IMG/VR virus record: IMGVR_UViG_3300028887_000079
Span: 67,712-131,711 of that record
DNA from: a virus
Taxonomy: Duplodnaviria > Caudoviricetes
Direction: 5' to 3' (one strand)
DNA: 64,000 nucleotides
Under the pieces are notes generated by a model, which was not told the DNA's origin, searched no databases, and was given only the letters and a program-made list of their open reading frames with translations. The position numbers and the translations under genes are program-made. The number at the start of each line of letters is the position of its first letter. Positions within the stretch are counted from its first letter, which is position 1. Positions 9,910 to 18,656 of this stretch are shown one piece after another.

Positions 9910-10674
9910 TTAGAAAGTGTCCCAAATGAGCTGGTTCAACTTGGCGACTGCACAACTAATCATATGCCCGCGGTTGTATCCGTAAGCCCGGATGAACTCC
10001 GGAACGGATGTGACCGGCTTGATGTAGGTGAACGAGTCAACCGAATCAAAGTCAATATAGCGTGCGAGTTTGGAAGTGATGCCGAGGCCGTGAATATGCA
10101 CATCGCGAGCGCGGGCATACCAAACGAGTTCACGCATCAGGCGGGCAACATCGTGGCAGTTCGTCAAACCGGATCCGGCAACGCCACCAATAGCGAAGAA
10201 GCCGCCGGGGCCGACCTGCTGGCAGTAATCGGCGAACTTTTGAATCGGGTCAAAGATATGCCAAACGAGGGTAGGTTCCTCGCCGACAAGTTTGATGAGT
10301 TTGTCACGGAGACGCGCATATTCCTTTTCGCCAACCACGGACTGAATATCCAGTTCGAAGAAGTGAGTGAAATACTTGCGGTATTTCTTGATGAAAGCCG
10401 CGTAGTCTTCCACATACTTGTCGAGGTTAAATTCGCCCTTGAGTTTGCCCTTCTTGTGCGCCATCATCATAGAGAAGGCGCCGGAGTCAAGCAAGATTTC
10501 TTGTCCCGGTTCGGGACCTGAATAAAGCTCCAGCGCCTCCTCAACGCGCTCGGGGGATGCCTTGGACAAGTAATAGAACGACACAAGGCAATACTTGAAT
10601 TTGTATTTACGGAATGCTTCTTTCGAGACGGACGCATGAAGCTTTCCGATGTCAAGACCGGCGTAATACTTCAA
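9910..10674 (-). CDS. TGT-fold guanine transglycosylase (DpdA-like, probably DNA-directed)
   Basis: DSGAFS, ELD, VWH, AIGG, HGLG and SVDS motifs; lies next to queC; TTG start after AAGGAGG. Confidence 0.75.
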   Translation of the reverse strand: MKYYAGLDIGKLHASVSKEAFRKYKFKYCLVSFYYLSKASPERVEEALELYSGPEPGQEILLDSGAFSMMMAHKKGKLKGEFNLDKYVEDYAAFIKKYRKYFTHFFELDIQSVVGEKEYARLRDKLIKLVGEEPTLVWHIFDPIQKFADYCQQVGPGGFFAIGGVAGSGLTNCHDVARLMRELVWYARARDVHIHGLGITSKLARYIDFDSVDSFTYIKPVTSVPEFIRAYGYNRGHMISCAVAKLNQLIWDTF

Positions 10675-10685
10675 AGCGGACCTCC

Positions 10686-11279
10686 TTACACCTTGTCCCA
10701 ACCGATAATGTCAAAGTTTTCTTCGCCTTCGGAATTATCGTTGACCGGACCTTCGGAACCATCAACATCCACCGGGCATTCAGGTTCAGCGGCGGGCGCA
10801 TTGGATTCGCCAACAATTTCGGAAGCGATGCCTGCTTCTTGCGGGAGCATGTTGCGCTTCTTGAGAATCTTGGGATCGAGCGGGCGGATGTTCTTGATGT
10901 CCGTGATGATGTTTTTCATTTCAACAAGATACTTGGAGTGAACGCGGCCGCCCATAATTTCCTTCGCAACGGAAGCAAAGTCCAGCTTACCGAGGGACTG
11001 TGTCACGTTGTCGATAATGCGGAATTCGTCTTCAGCCTCCTTGTCAAGGTCGGAGATGATGCACGGAATTTCGGACAAGCCAAGTTTCTGCGCAGCCATA
11101 AGACGGCCGTGGCCGGTGATGACAACATGTTCGGCGTTCACCACAATCGGAATTTGGAAGCCGAAGCATTCAATGGAGTTCGCGATCGAGTCCACATTGT
11201 CTGCGTGAGTCTTGTTGTTGTTCTTGTAAGGATAGATGTCCTTTACGGGGAGATAAACGATTTCGAGTTTTTTAGTCAT
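10686..11279 (-). CDS. ParB/Srx N-terminal domain protein
   Basis: PYKNN, FGFQIPIVV, GHGRLMAA and RIIDN motifs. Confidence 0.9.
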   Translation of the reverse strand: MTKKLEIVYLPVKDIYPYKNNNKTHADNVDSIANSIECFGFQIPIVVNAEHVVITGHGRLMAAQKLGLSEIPCIISDLDKEAEDEFRIIDNVTQSLGKLDFASVAKEIMGGRVHSKYLVEMKNIITDIKNIRPLDPKILKKRNMLPQEAGIASEIVGESNAPAAEPECPVDVDGSEGPVNDNSEGEENFDIIGWDKV

Positions 11280-11438
11280 AGTAACCAAATATACGAAAGC
11301 GGGCGCCTAAATCCAGCGCCCGCTTTACAAGGAAAGAAAAAACATGAAACCGCCACCGGAGTTCGGATTTCCACCGTATTAAACAGGACTGTCTCCCGTC
11401 AGGTGGCGGCTACCCTCATGAGGTATGACTAAATATAC

Positions 11439-11557
11439 GATGCCAGTGACTCGGGGAAGGATCGAACTTCCGAGGATAGAGGCCCATCCAAGTCGCGGCG
11501 CCTCTGTTTCCGCGACTCACGGCTTGCCAACCACCGCTCACGCAAGCCACTGACATC
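11439..11557 (-). ncRNA. tRNA-like structured RNA with extended terminal stem
   Basis: 15-bp 5'/3' stem, D-like arm, two hairpins and T-arm GGAAG-TTCGATC-CTTCC. Confidence 0.55.
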
Positions 11558-11891
11558 AAAAAGAATGTTCGCCCCAATCGGCTCGGGGATGCTTATGGCG
11601 GAATGCTTCGTGCCACACCTTGCCGAGATTTGATACATGAAACACTGTATCGGAGCAAGAAAAATCGGGCCCTTTCCTGATTGTCATAAGCCCTTTTGCG
11701 ACCAATGATTCACAAGCAAGAAAGAGTTTTCCTTTCGAATTGCTATTGAGCCCCAAGAAATTGCGATAACCACCGGAGCCCCATCCATTGAAGACCGGAT
11801 AGGTGTTGAAGCCCAATGCGCTTGACATTGCCTTGACTTCTTCGACCGAGCAGGTCACTCCATAAAAACTAAGTCGCAATCCTTTTGACAT
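11556..11891 (-). CDS. hypothetical protein
   Basis: MSKGLRLSFY..., 111 aa, embedded in the RNA array. Confidence 0.55.
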   Translation of the reverse strand: MSKGLRLSFYGVTCSVEEVKAMSSALGFNTYPVFNGWGSGGYRNFLGLNSNSKGKLFLACESLVAKGLMTIRKGPDFSCSDTVFHVSNLGKVWHEAFRHKHPRADWGEHSF

Positions 11892-12380
11892 TTTGAACTC
11901 TCTTAAATGGTATGCGGCAGTTCCGCTCTTACCTGCCCGGTTTCCGCTTTGGGCGGGCGCCGTTAAGCCTCGGAGTAGAACTGCCGCTAGGCATTGGCCA
12001 CTGCTGTTAGCCACCAACTTTTTTGCGGTAGTTAAGTCCCGTCAGGTGTATCGGGCCCTGCGCCGCCACCATTGCCAGGCGTGGAATCCTTCCCGTCTTG
12101 TTCACCGCGCTTCGCCTCGGAGTCCAACCCTTGCGGGTGTATGCCCCACTGGCAGATTACTTCTACAAGAAACTACTCACAGCGGTCGGTTGATGTCTCT
12201 TTGATAGGAGTGAAGTCAACCGAAAAACAAAGCTCTCCTCTTTCAAAATGAAAGGTGCTGGCAAGGGATTCTAGCTTTATGCCACGCGCGGCTCTTCACC
12301 GTCTCAGGGGATTGCTCCCGCACCTCTTTCAAAAGCGCCGCCTCGGAGATGCATTCCCCGAGACTTCTGCCGTGTGCCTA

Positions 12381-12454
12381 AACCCGTTACCGGACTTGAA
12401 CCAGTGACTTCCCGGGAGTGACCACCCGAGCTCTACCAACTGAGCTAAACGCAC
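12381..12454 (-). tRNA. degenerate tRNA, 8-nt anticodon loop TGGTCACT
   Basis: Canonical D arm AGCTCAGTTGGTAGAGC and T loop TTCAAGT; weak acceptor stem. Confidence 0.55.
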
Positions 12455-12689
12455 AAAGGCTCCGACAGCATTTCAAACTTGCGGTGTGCCCTAGCCCGGT
12501 GGGCGATGCGTTCCTCGTAAGGACGGAGCATCTGAGCATCACCAAACACAATATACAAAATGTTCGTCCGCTTCTACTTATTACCCCCAGCCCTTTCGGC
12601 CGCCAGGGACAAACATAAGGTCCGATCCCGAATCGTTTGCGCATGATGCCCAAGCCTAGGACGAGGCACGCACGCCTTCTTTTATGTAG

Positions 12690-12764
12690 GGGCAGGAGCC
12701 GGACTCGAACCGACAACCTCAGGGCCGAAACACCCTGCGCTCTCCCAGTTAGAGCTATCCTGCC
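12690..12764 (-). tRNA. tRNA with non-canonical 8-nt anticodon loop TGTTTCGG
   Basis: Perfect acceptor GGCAGGA/TCCTGCC, intact D and T arms, anticodon stem CAGGG/CCCTG. Confidence 0.75.
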
Positions 12765-13589
12765 ATAGTCCTTGTGGTTGATAGTCACTTTTCATCCGGT
12801 AGTAGCCGAACGAGCCCTGAAGGATGCCGGGCGCTCCGTCTTCACACCCTATTGACGGAACCGAGGGAAACTACTTCACACGGGTAATCAGCCCGCACTA
12901 CGTAGGCGGTCCTGATGCAGTTTGGCCCTCCGCCGGGCGCTGCTTAGTCGGTAGTCGTAACATCCGACCTGCACCAGTCAGTTTTCCGATTTCCACAGAG
13001 GCACGTCCTACGGGGCCACTTCATGCTAGAAGCTCTAACTTCATCGGGAAGCTATTCAAATTCAAGTAGGCGCTGCCGGGGCTTTCCGCTTCCCTATTGG
13101 GTTGCCGCGTCTTGGCTTCGAACCAAGGGAGCGACCACCGGGCTTGGACCCTATTTCATCAGTGCGACAACGCCTGCTTGAATTCAAATTAAGTGGGCAG
13201 GAATGAACCTGCATTGCCCGCGGAGTGCTGTCTTTCCCTGCCGGGATGTTTACACCATTCTGCCGCCGCCGGAGTCCTAAGCACACCGGATATTAACCGA
13301 TGCTCATTTAGACGACCACTTCCGGAATGTTAAAAGGAACGCACAGCACCTGCTGGCACACCACGGGCAGGACCTTACCCCCGGCTAAACGGGTCATGGC
13401 CGCCGGAGCCTAGCAATTTATCTCGAGTTCAGCTAGGACGCTACTGCACGTTCCTTCTAAAGGTTGAATCTCAATGCTTCTACCGGCGTTAAGCGGATCC
13501 AATGGCGACTAACCTGACCCGGCACGGGTGCGACCCGATTTTCAATTAAGCCCACAAAGAACAACGGAATGGGCGCACTGAGATTTTAA

Positions 13590-13727
13590 TGGACCTGCCT
13601 GGAGTCGAACCAGCGCATCCTCAACATCGCTTCTGCCTACCGATTGGCTGTAGCGGTTTCCCGCCCAGTGTTTACACGCACCTTATTTCAGAGCTATCGG
13701 CATATTGCGTTGGTTTGAGGCAAGCCC
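13590..13727 (-). ncRNA. mini tmRNA-like RNA with Ala-type acceptor
   Basis: GGGCTTG/CAGGTCC-A acceptor (G3:U70, A73), T-arm CTGG-TTCGACT-CCAG, CCTCAA/TTGAGG stem. Confidence 0.55.
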
Positions 13728-13755
13728 ACGCGTTCGCAAGCCCAAGATTTTTTAG

Positions 13756-13933
13756 CAGCACCCGCCGGGATCGAACCGGTAGGCTTCCCAAGGAACATCC
13801 TACTACAAGCTTCGGATTCTATTACAAGGGTCGCCAGCGCAGAAACATTGCAATGCCGCTGCCATTTAGAACGGAACCAACCTTCACCTCGGGCAAGTTT
13901 GCAACCCTGCCTCCGGCTATCCGTTCAGGTGCC
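13756..13933 (-). ncRNA. structured RNA with tRNA-like acceptor/T-arm end
   Basis: GGCACCTG/CGGGTGCT terminal stem plus CCGG-TTCGATC-CCGG. Confidence 0.5.
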
Positions 13934-13948
13934 AAAAGATTTTTTTAG

Positions 13949-14022
13949 TAGCGGGGGCAGGACTCGAACGCTGCGACCTCGTGGTTATGAGCCACGCGAG
14001 CTACCAACTGCTCTACCCCGCA
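13949..14022 (-). tRNA. tRNA-Met(CAT), initiator-like
   Basis: Loop CTCATAA, GAGC/GCTC D stem, 1:72 mismatch; one bulged base in the T stem. Confidence 0.9.
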
Positions 14023-14645
14023 TCGGGTTCGGGAACAGCGTTATCCTAGCTTCCGGAGCGCGTCAACGCCCAGTTCCCTGACAGCGGGTTGTTCAATCCC
14101 TATTCTCTGTTGCTGCTACAACATCATCCGACTGCGCTGCCGGCGCGAGGCTGATACGCTCAGGCTCTTAGGCGACACATTCTTACGCTCCAGTGTCTTG
14201 CCCTCTCGGGCGCAACTGGCAACTACGCATCCGCATTTCATTTTTTTGCCGGTCGAGGCGGTGTGCGAGACGGACCGGTGAGATCTTTCCCTGAACTCGG
14301 GGCGATTCTCAAATTCGCTCTTCCGCTGGAGGTCTTTAATTATACCAGCTCTTTTTACGGCTTGCATTCCGCTGCCGCACCCGATTTAGAATTGCGTAGG
14401 ATCTGCAGCGCCCGCGCAACTCACGGAAGAAAAACTTTGCCGTTGCCTTCGCGTGTAACGATTGCCACCCGGCGAATCTATTATACGCTCTACCCCGTGC
14501 TGAAGGGCGGTGTCGCCGACAACGGCGAGAAATTAAAAGCGCATACCCGCGGTCCACCTATATCCGCCAGTATTTAGCCGTCCCGGACACGGCGGGGCAC
14601 AGTGGTTCCAAGAATGACTTGTCTCCCACACGTATGCGCCATTCG

Positions 14646-14998
14646 TGGAGGTGGCGGGAGTCGAACCCGCGTCCAAAAATACTTACGCGCTTGCTACTAC
14701 ACGCTTTTTCCTTGCATTTGCTCTCGCCTTGCCACGCCCAAAAGGAAACGGCGATGCTTCGGCCTACAGCGACAGATTTCGGATATGCGCCTCGCTGTCA
14801 AGCTTCTATCCTAGCCCGATTTGCGACTCGGACTCCATCCCTACGGGCGGCGAGGTGGGTCCAAGGGTTGCCCTAAATTAGGCAGCCTGTGCTACAGGTG
14901 CAGCATTTATTTTTTACAGACTTTTTTACGAGTGCCCACGTCTGTGACCTCGGCGTGCAACTTGCGTATCGGTATCCCTGTCGAAACCAGGCACCCCC
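14646..14998 (-). ncRNA. ssrA: tmRNA, tag (A)AAPVAQAA
   Basis: 5' GGGGGTGCCTGGTTTCGAC; 3' GGACGCGGGTTCGACTCCCGCCACCTCCA; G3:U70; tag ORF 14904-14878 follows ATAAAT. Confidence 0.95.
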
Positions 14999-15004
14999 GA
15001 TAGT

Positions 15005-15217
15005 TTAAGCCTGAGCCGGAGCTTCAGCCGTTTCGGTCTTTTCAGCCTTGGCGCCCTTTTCGGCAGCCTTGGCGGCCTTTTCGGCAGCGCGTTCAGCCTT
15101 GCGCTGTTCACGGAGCGGGGTCAGTTCGGCGAGAACGGCGGCGGTGTCCTTTCCGGCCTTCTTGAGGGTGGAAGCCTTGTGGGCGAGTTTGCGAATCTTC
15201 AACTGTAATTCGGTCAT
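15005..15217 (-). CDS. small basic Ala/Lys-rich protein upstream of tmRNA
   Basis: Strong AAGGAG RBS; 70 aa. Confidence 0.75.
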   Translation of the reverse strand: MTELQLKIRKLAHKASTLKKAGKDTAAVLAELTPLREQRKAERAAEKAAKAAEKGAKAEKTETAEAPAQA

Positions 15218-15323
15218 TTTGATCTCCTTGGTTAAAATGCCAGTTAAATGTCCTCTGTAATATACGGACTTGTGGACTCATTGGCAATGCCCGCCCGAAA
15301 AAAGTCCATTTTTCTGCAAAAAC

Positions 15324-15355
15324 GGGGTGTCTTTTTCAAAATACGGATGTATATT
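15324..15355 (+). promoter_or_regulatory. conserved promoter GTGTCT-N17-TATATT
   Basis: Near-identical copies at 20323, 27835(-) and 33339(-). Confidence 0.75.
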
Positions 15356-15398
15356 ATAGACATAGCCCGCAGGTAGCGGGTAGACAAGGAAAGAAATT

Positions 15399-15680
15399 AT
15401 GGAAGATAATAAGAAGAAGCCCCTCTACCGCCTCGGGACCGCTATGGAACGCGCTTTGTTTGCCAGCGGAAAAGCACAATACTTTAATGAATGTGCCGAA
15501 TATCATCGCGCCATTTGGCGCAAAACCCGCTCACAAAAGCGTGCCGCCCACGCTATGGCGTGGATCTCCAAGATGCTCAAAAAAAAGGAATTTTGGATGA
15601 AAGCCGCAGAATACTGGGGCAACAAGATTTGTGAAACATACCGCCTCGGGCAGTCCGCCCGCGTTATTTTCGGAGTATAG
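15399..15680 (+). CDS. hypothetical early protein (paralog of next gene)
   Basis: MERALFA...WMKAAEYWGNKI versus MERLLFA...WNKAVKYYAAKI. Confidence 0.75.
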   Translation: MEDNKKKPLYRLGTAMERALFASGKAQYFNECAEYHRAIWRKTRSQKRAAHAMAWISKMLKKKEFWMKAAEYWGNKICETYRLGQSARVIFGV

Positions 15681-15689
15681 GGGGCGCCG

Positions 15690-15938
15690 ATGAAAATCCC
15701 ATTGCTCAAAACTAATATGGAGCGCCTGCTTTTCGCAGCATCCCGCCAGCGCGTTTTCGAAGAGGCGGCCGAAACGCATAAGCAACGCGCCTGCCGTGCG
15801 CAGCGCCCGGACACATACCGGAAAGCATACCGCCTCGCAGTCCTGACCTTAAAGCGAGCCAACTTTTGGAATAAGGCCGTCAAATACTACGCGGCGAAGA
15901 TCAAAGGCGCCGACTATTTCATCACACGTTATTTATAA
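15690..15938 (+). CDS. hypothetical early protein (paralog of previous gene)
   Basis: Similarity to 15399..15680. Confidence 0.75.
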   Translation: MKIPLLKTNMERLLFAASRQRVFEEAAETHKQRACRAQRPDTYRKAYRLAVLTLKRANFWNKAVKYYAAKIKGADYFITRYL

Positions 15939-15950
15939 AAGGAGTCCATC

Positions 15951-16259
15951 ATGACAAAAGCAACAGAAACCAAATTCTCCAGCGAAGAAACTTTCGTCCT
16001 CGGTCTTTTCGTAAAGGCCCATAACGGCAAATCGTGGGTCGCCTTCAGGGAGACCGCCAATAGCATCTACATGTCCGCTACCGCAACCGGAAAGCAGGTC
16101 AAGAAGATCGAAATCACAAAAACGTCCGATACCGGCTTTCAGGTCGAAATCTCAAGCGGCCATTTTGTGCGCTGCCACATGCACTGGTTAGGCTCGCTCA
16201 CAAACCTGCTCCGCCGTATGGAACTTGAACTGATTCACCCCGAATTTCAGGAGGACTAA
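15951..16259 (+). CDS. hypothetical protein
   Basis: AGGAG RBS, operon packing. Confidence 0.7.
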   Translation: MTKATETKFSSEETFVLGLFVKAHNGKSWVAFRETANSIYMSATATGKQVKKIEITKTSDTGFQVEISSGHFVRCHMHWLGSLTNLLRRMELELIHPEFQED

Positions 16260-16261
16260 CA

Positions 16262-16384
16262 ATGAAGTCCGTATCTTATGAAACACTCCGCCGCATTATG
16301 GCGGACCGCATTGCAAGTCGCTACCACGATGCCGCCATCAAGGCCGTGCGTGAACGCCACGCCAACAAAGGAGATGCAAAATGA
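16262..16384 (+). CDS. 40-aa hypothetical protein
   Basis: GGAGG RBS; ATGA overlap with the next gene. Confidence 0.6.
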   Translation: MKSVSYETLRRIMADRIASRYHDAAIKAVRERHANKGDAK

Positions 16385-16626
16385 GAATCACATATGAAGA
16401 TGTCCCAATAGCGTTTGCCGTGAAACATCGCGCCGAATGTGAAGCGGAATGCGATAGCGAAACCTCGCTTACCTGCTATTGTGGCAGGCTGGCGACCGGT
16501 TTCCACACTATGAATTGCAGCCGATACAAGAAGAAACTTCAGGCGAAGATCACCGCCCGCTATCGTGCAGCGTTGAAAACAATGAAGGCGAGCGCCGCAA
16601 ACGCCCCCGCAAAGGCGGCAGTATGA
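16381..16626 (+). CDS. putative zinc-binding protein
   Basis: CYC..H..C pattern. Confidence 0.6.
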   Translation: MRITYEDVPIAFAVKHRAECEAECDSETSLTCYCGRLATGFHTMNCSRYKKKLQAKITARYRAALKTMKASAANAPAKAAV

Positions 16627-16865
16627 TCGCTATACGCCATATTAGAAAAGAACGCGAAGGCAGAAAAACCGTAGAAAAGGTCTACGGCGATCCCATCAAG
16701 TTTTTAGATTTACAATCGCAAGCGGCCGCGTTTGTGCAAAACTGGAATAGCGGATCGATGCTGTCGAGAGTTACGGCGGAGAATTGGTCGCCCGCGCAGT
16801 TTGCCGAATGGGTGCGCGAGCAGCTTGAAAACATCGCCAACCGATTGGACAACCATAATTTGTAG
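16623..16865 (+). CDS. hypothetical protein
   Basis: ATGA overlap. Confidence 0.6.
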   Translation: MIAIRHIRKEREGRKTVEKVYGDPIKFLDLQSQAAAFVQNWNSGSMLSRVTAENWSPAQFAEWVREQLENIANRLDNHNL

Positions 16866-16873
16866 GAGGTCCT

Positions 16874-17284
16874 ATGTATTTGTTTCGAAGAGTTATGCAG
16901 GAGATAAACGAGACGAAGCACACCGCATTCATCAACGTTTATCAAACCCTCAGCCCCGATTTGAATGACCTGATCAAGTCAGCGAAAAGCAACGTGGCGC
17001 CCGGATTTGATGTCACCATTCGCCGAGCATTTTACACTCCCGCGCCGAATCAGGTCCTCTATCAAGGATGCGTGTTCAGTTGCCGTGGATGGTATCGCTT
17101 CAAAGACAACGCTACCGGAAACTCCTACTTCACCCGCATGCGCATTTTTATTTACAATGTAGACAACAATTACAGCCCGAATGTGGACATTAAGGCGTTT
17201 GAGAAAACACCAATCGCGGGCGGGTATGTTGGCGACAACATCGGCGAATTTGACCACTACTACAACGTCCTTTCGATGAGATAA
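16874..17284 (+). CDS. hypothetical protein
   Basis: AGGAGG RBS. Confidence 0.7.
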   Translation: MYLFRRVMQEINETKHTAFINVYQTLSPDLNDLIKSAKSNVAPGFDVTIRRAFYTPAPNQVLYQGCVFSCRGWYRFKDNATGNSYFTRMRIFIYNVDNNYSPNVDIKAFEKTPIAGGYVGDNIGEFDHYYNVLSMR

Positions 17285-17401
17285 AAATGCAATACGGCGC
17301 TTAAATCGCATGAATGCGGCAAAGGCGCCTCTTACTATGGGCAGGCGGAGAAACCGGCTCAAACGCGCGTTTACGGCGAAAGAAACGCTACTAGGCGACT
17401 A

Positions 17402-17644
17402 ATGGGAAATGAAAAATACATAATCGGACCATATGAAAAAGGAAAGATCTACGAATGCTCTTGGTTTGACAGCCGCATGAATGGGTGCTCCGCCCGTTTC
17501 AAGGCAGTCATGCGCAAGGGCCGCATCGTATTCAACGAGCTGGACTCGTCCAGGGTTCATTCCCCGGAGGAGTTTTATTATATTGGAATTGCGAGGGATC
17601 AGTATCCGCACGAGCGCATAGTCTTCCAACAAATTGAAGACTAG
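17402..17644 (+). CDS. hypothetical protein
   Basis: 80-aa ORF in operon orientation. Confidence 0.55.
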   Translation: MGNEKYIIGPYEKGKIYECSWFDSRMNGCSARFKAVMRKGRIVFNELDSSRVHSPEEFYYIGIARDQYPHERIVFQQIED

Positions 17645-17672
17645 CGTATATTTGGTAAAACAGAGGACCGCT

Positions 17673-18209
17673 ATGAAAAAACTCACCAAGGCACAAATCG
17701 AAAAAATCACGAACTACGCCAAGGAACATTTCACTGTCGAAAAGGACAAAGAATGGGCGGATTCGTGGGATGTCCTGATGGACGGCTGCTTCATTGGGCT
17801 TGCCCACAAGGAATTTGAAAACGAGGACTACACCTACAACATCCCGGTCGGAGATCCGAAACTGGAACTCGCATTCGAACCGGATGGCGAAATTCTCCTC
17901 CTTGTCGAAAAGGAGATTTCGAAGGTGGAAGCCTACAAGGACTTTGATAAAACAAGCGACAGCCGCGTTGCCTGCATCGGATTCTCGGAAAAGAATCAGG
18001 CGTGGACGGGCTGGTCACATCGCGCCTGCTGCAGTTTCAAGATCGGGGACGAAATCAAGAAGGGCGACCTTGCCGCGTCCTCCGGTTGGATCCCCGAATA
18101 CGAAAAGGAACATCCGGAACGCTGCTTCAATCTCAAGCCCGGTTTCAAATGCGAAACGCTTGATGATTGCCGCAAGGCAGCAATCGCCTACGCGATGGCC
18201 GTGGCATAA
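17673..18209 (+). CDS. conserved phage hypothetical protein
   Basis: IGFSEK..W.GWSHRA motif; GAGG RBS. Confidence 0.7.
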   Translation: MKKLTKAQIEKITNYAKEHFTVEKDKEWADSWDVLMDGCFIGLAHKEFENEDYTYNIPVGDPKLELAFEPDGEILLLVEKEISKVEAYKDFDKTSDSRVACIGFSEKNQAWTGWSHRACCSFKIGDEIKKGDLAASSGWIPEYEKEHPERCFNLKPGFKCETLDDCRKAAIAYAMAVA

Positions 18210-18279
18210 CAAACATTTACCCGTAAACAAATAACCCCGGAATTGCTTCCGGGGTTTCCTTTTGTGCGGGGAAGGAAAT

Positions 18280-18624
18280 TTATTCCTCGATGATCACGGC
18301 GCCAGCAGGTTCGAGATATTCGTGTGCTGCCTTGTTCTCCATCTTGCAACCGCGATACTGGTCCCAACCCTTGACGAAGAAGACGATGTCCGCAGTGGAC
18401 AGAAGTTCGAAGGACTTGCCGAGGAACCACAGCGGCTTGGCGTCATGCGGGGCATCCTTGAAGAAGGAGTCGATGACTTCGATCTTGCGTTCGCCTTCAG
18501 GGATACCAAGCTGAGCGTTGACGTAATTCTGTGCGGCTTCAATCGCACGCTTACGTTCGGCTTCGATCTGTTCGTTGGTCTTGTCCTTCATGGGCTGGGA
18601 AATGAAAAGTCTATGCGTAGACAT
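18280..18624 (-). CDS. DUF4406 / nucleoside deoxyribosyltransferase-like protein
   Basis: LFISQPM, LGKSFELLSTAD and RGCKME motifs. Confidence 0.7.
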   Translation of the reverse strand: MSTHRLFISQPMKDKTNEQIEAERKRAIEAAQNYVNAQLGIPEGERKIEVIDSFFKDAPHDAKPLWFLGKSFELLSTADIVFFVKGWDQYRGCKMENKAAHEYLEPAGAVIIEE

Positions 18625-18656
18625 TTTGGATTCTCCTTTATGGATTAAGTGGATAC

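Noticed and set aside
13102-13172. CTGATGA suggesting a hammerhead ribozyme
   Set aside because: No correctly placed GAAA and stem II/III arrangement.
14245-14628. Possible RNase P RNA, GOLLD/ROOL or group I intron
   Set aside because: I could not find the RNase P GAGGAAAGTCC core or other diagnostic motifs; left unassigned pending Infernal.
11900-14640. Short ORFs called across the RNA array
   Set aside because: They overlap tRNA/structured elements, have atypical composition and lack RBSs.
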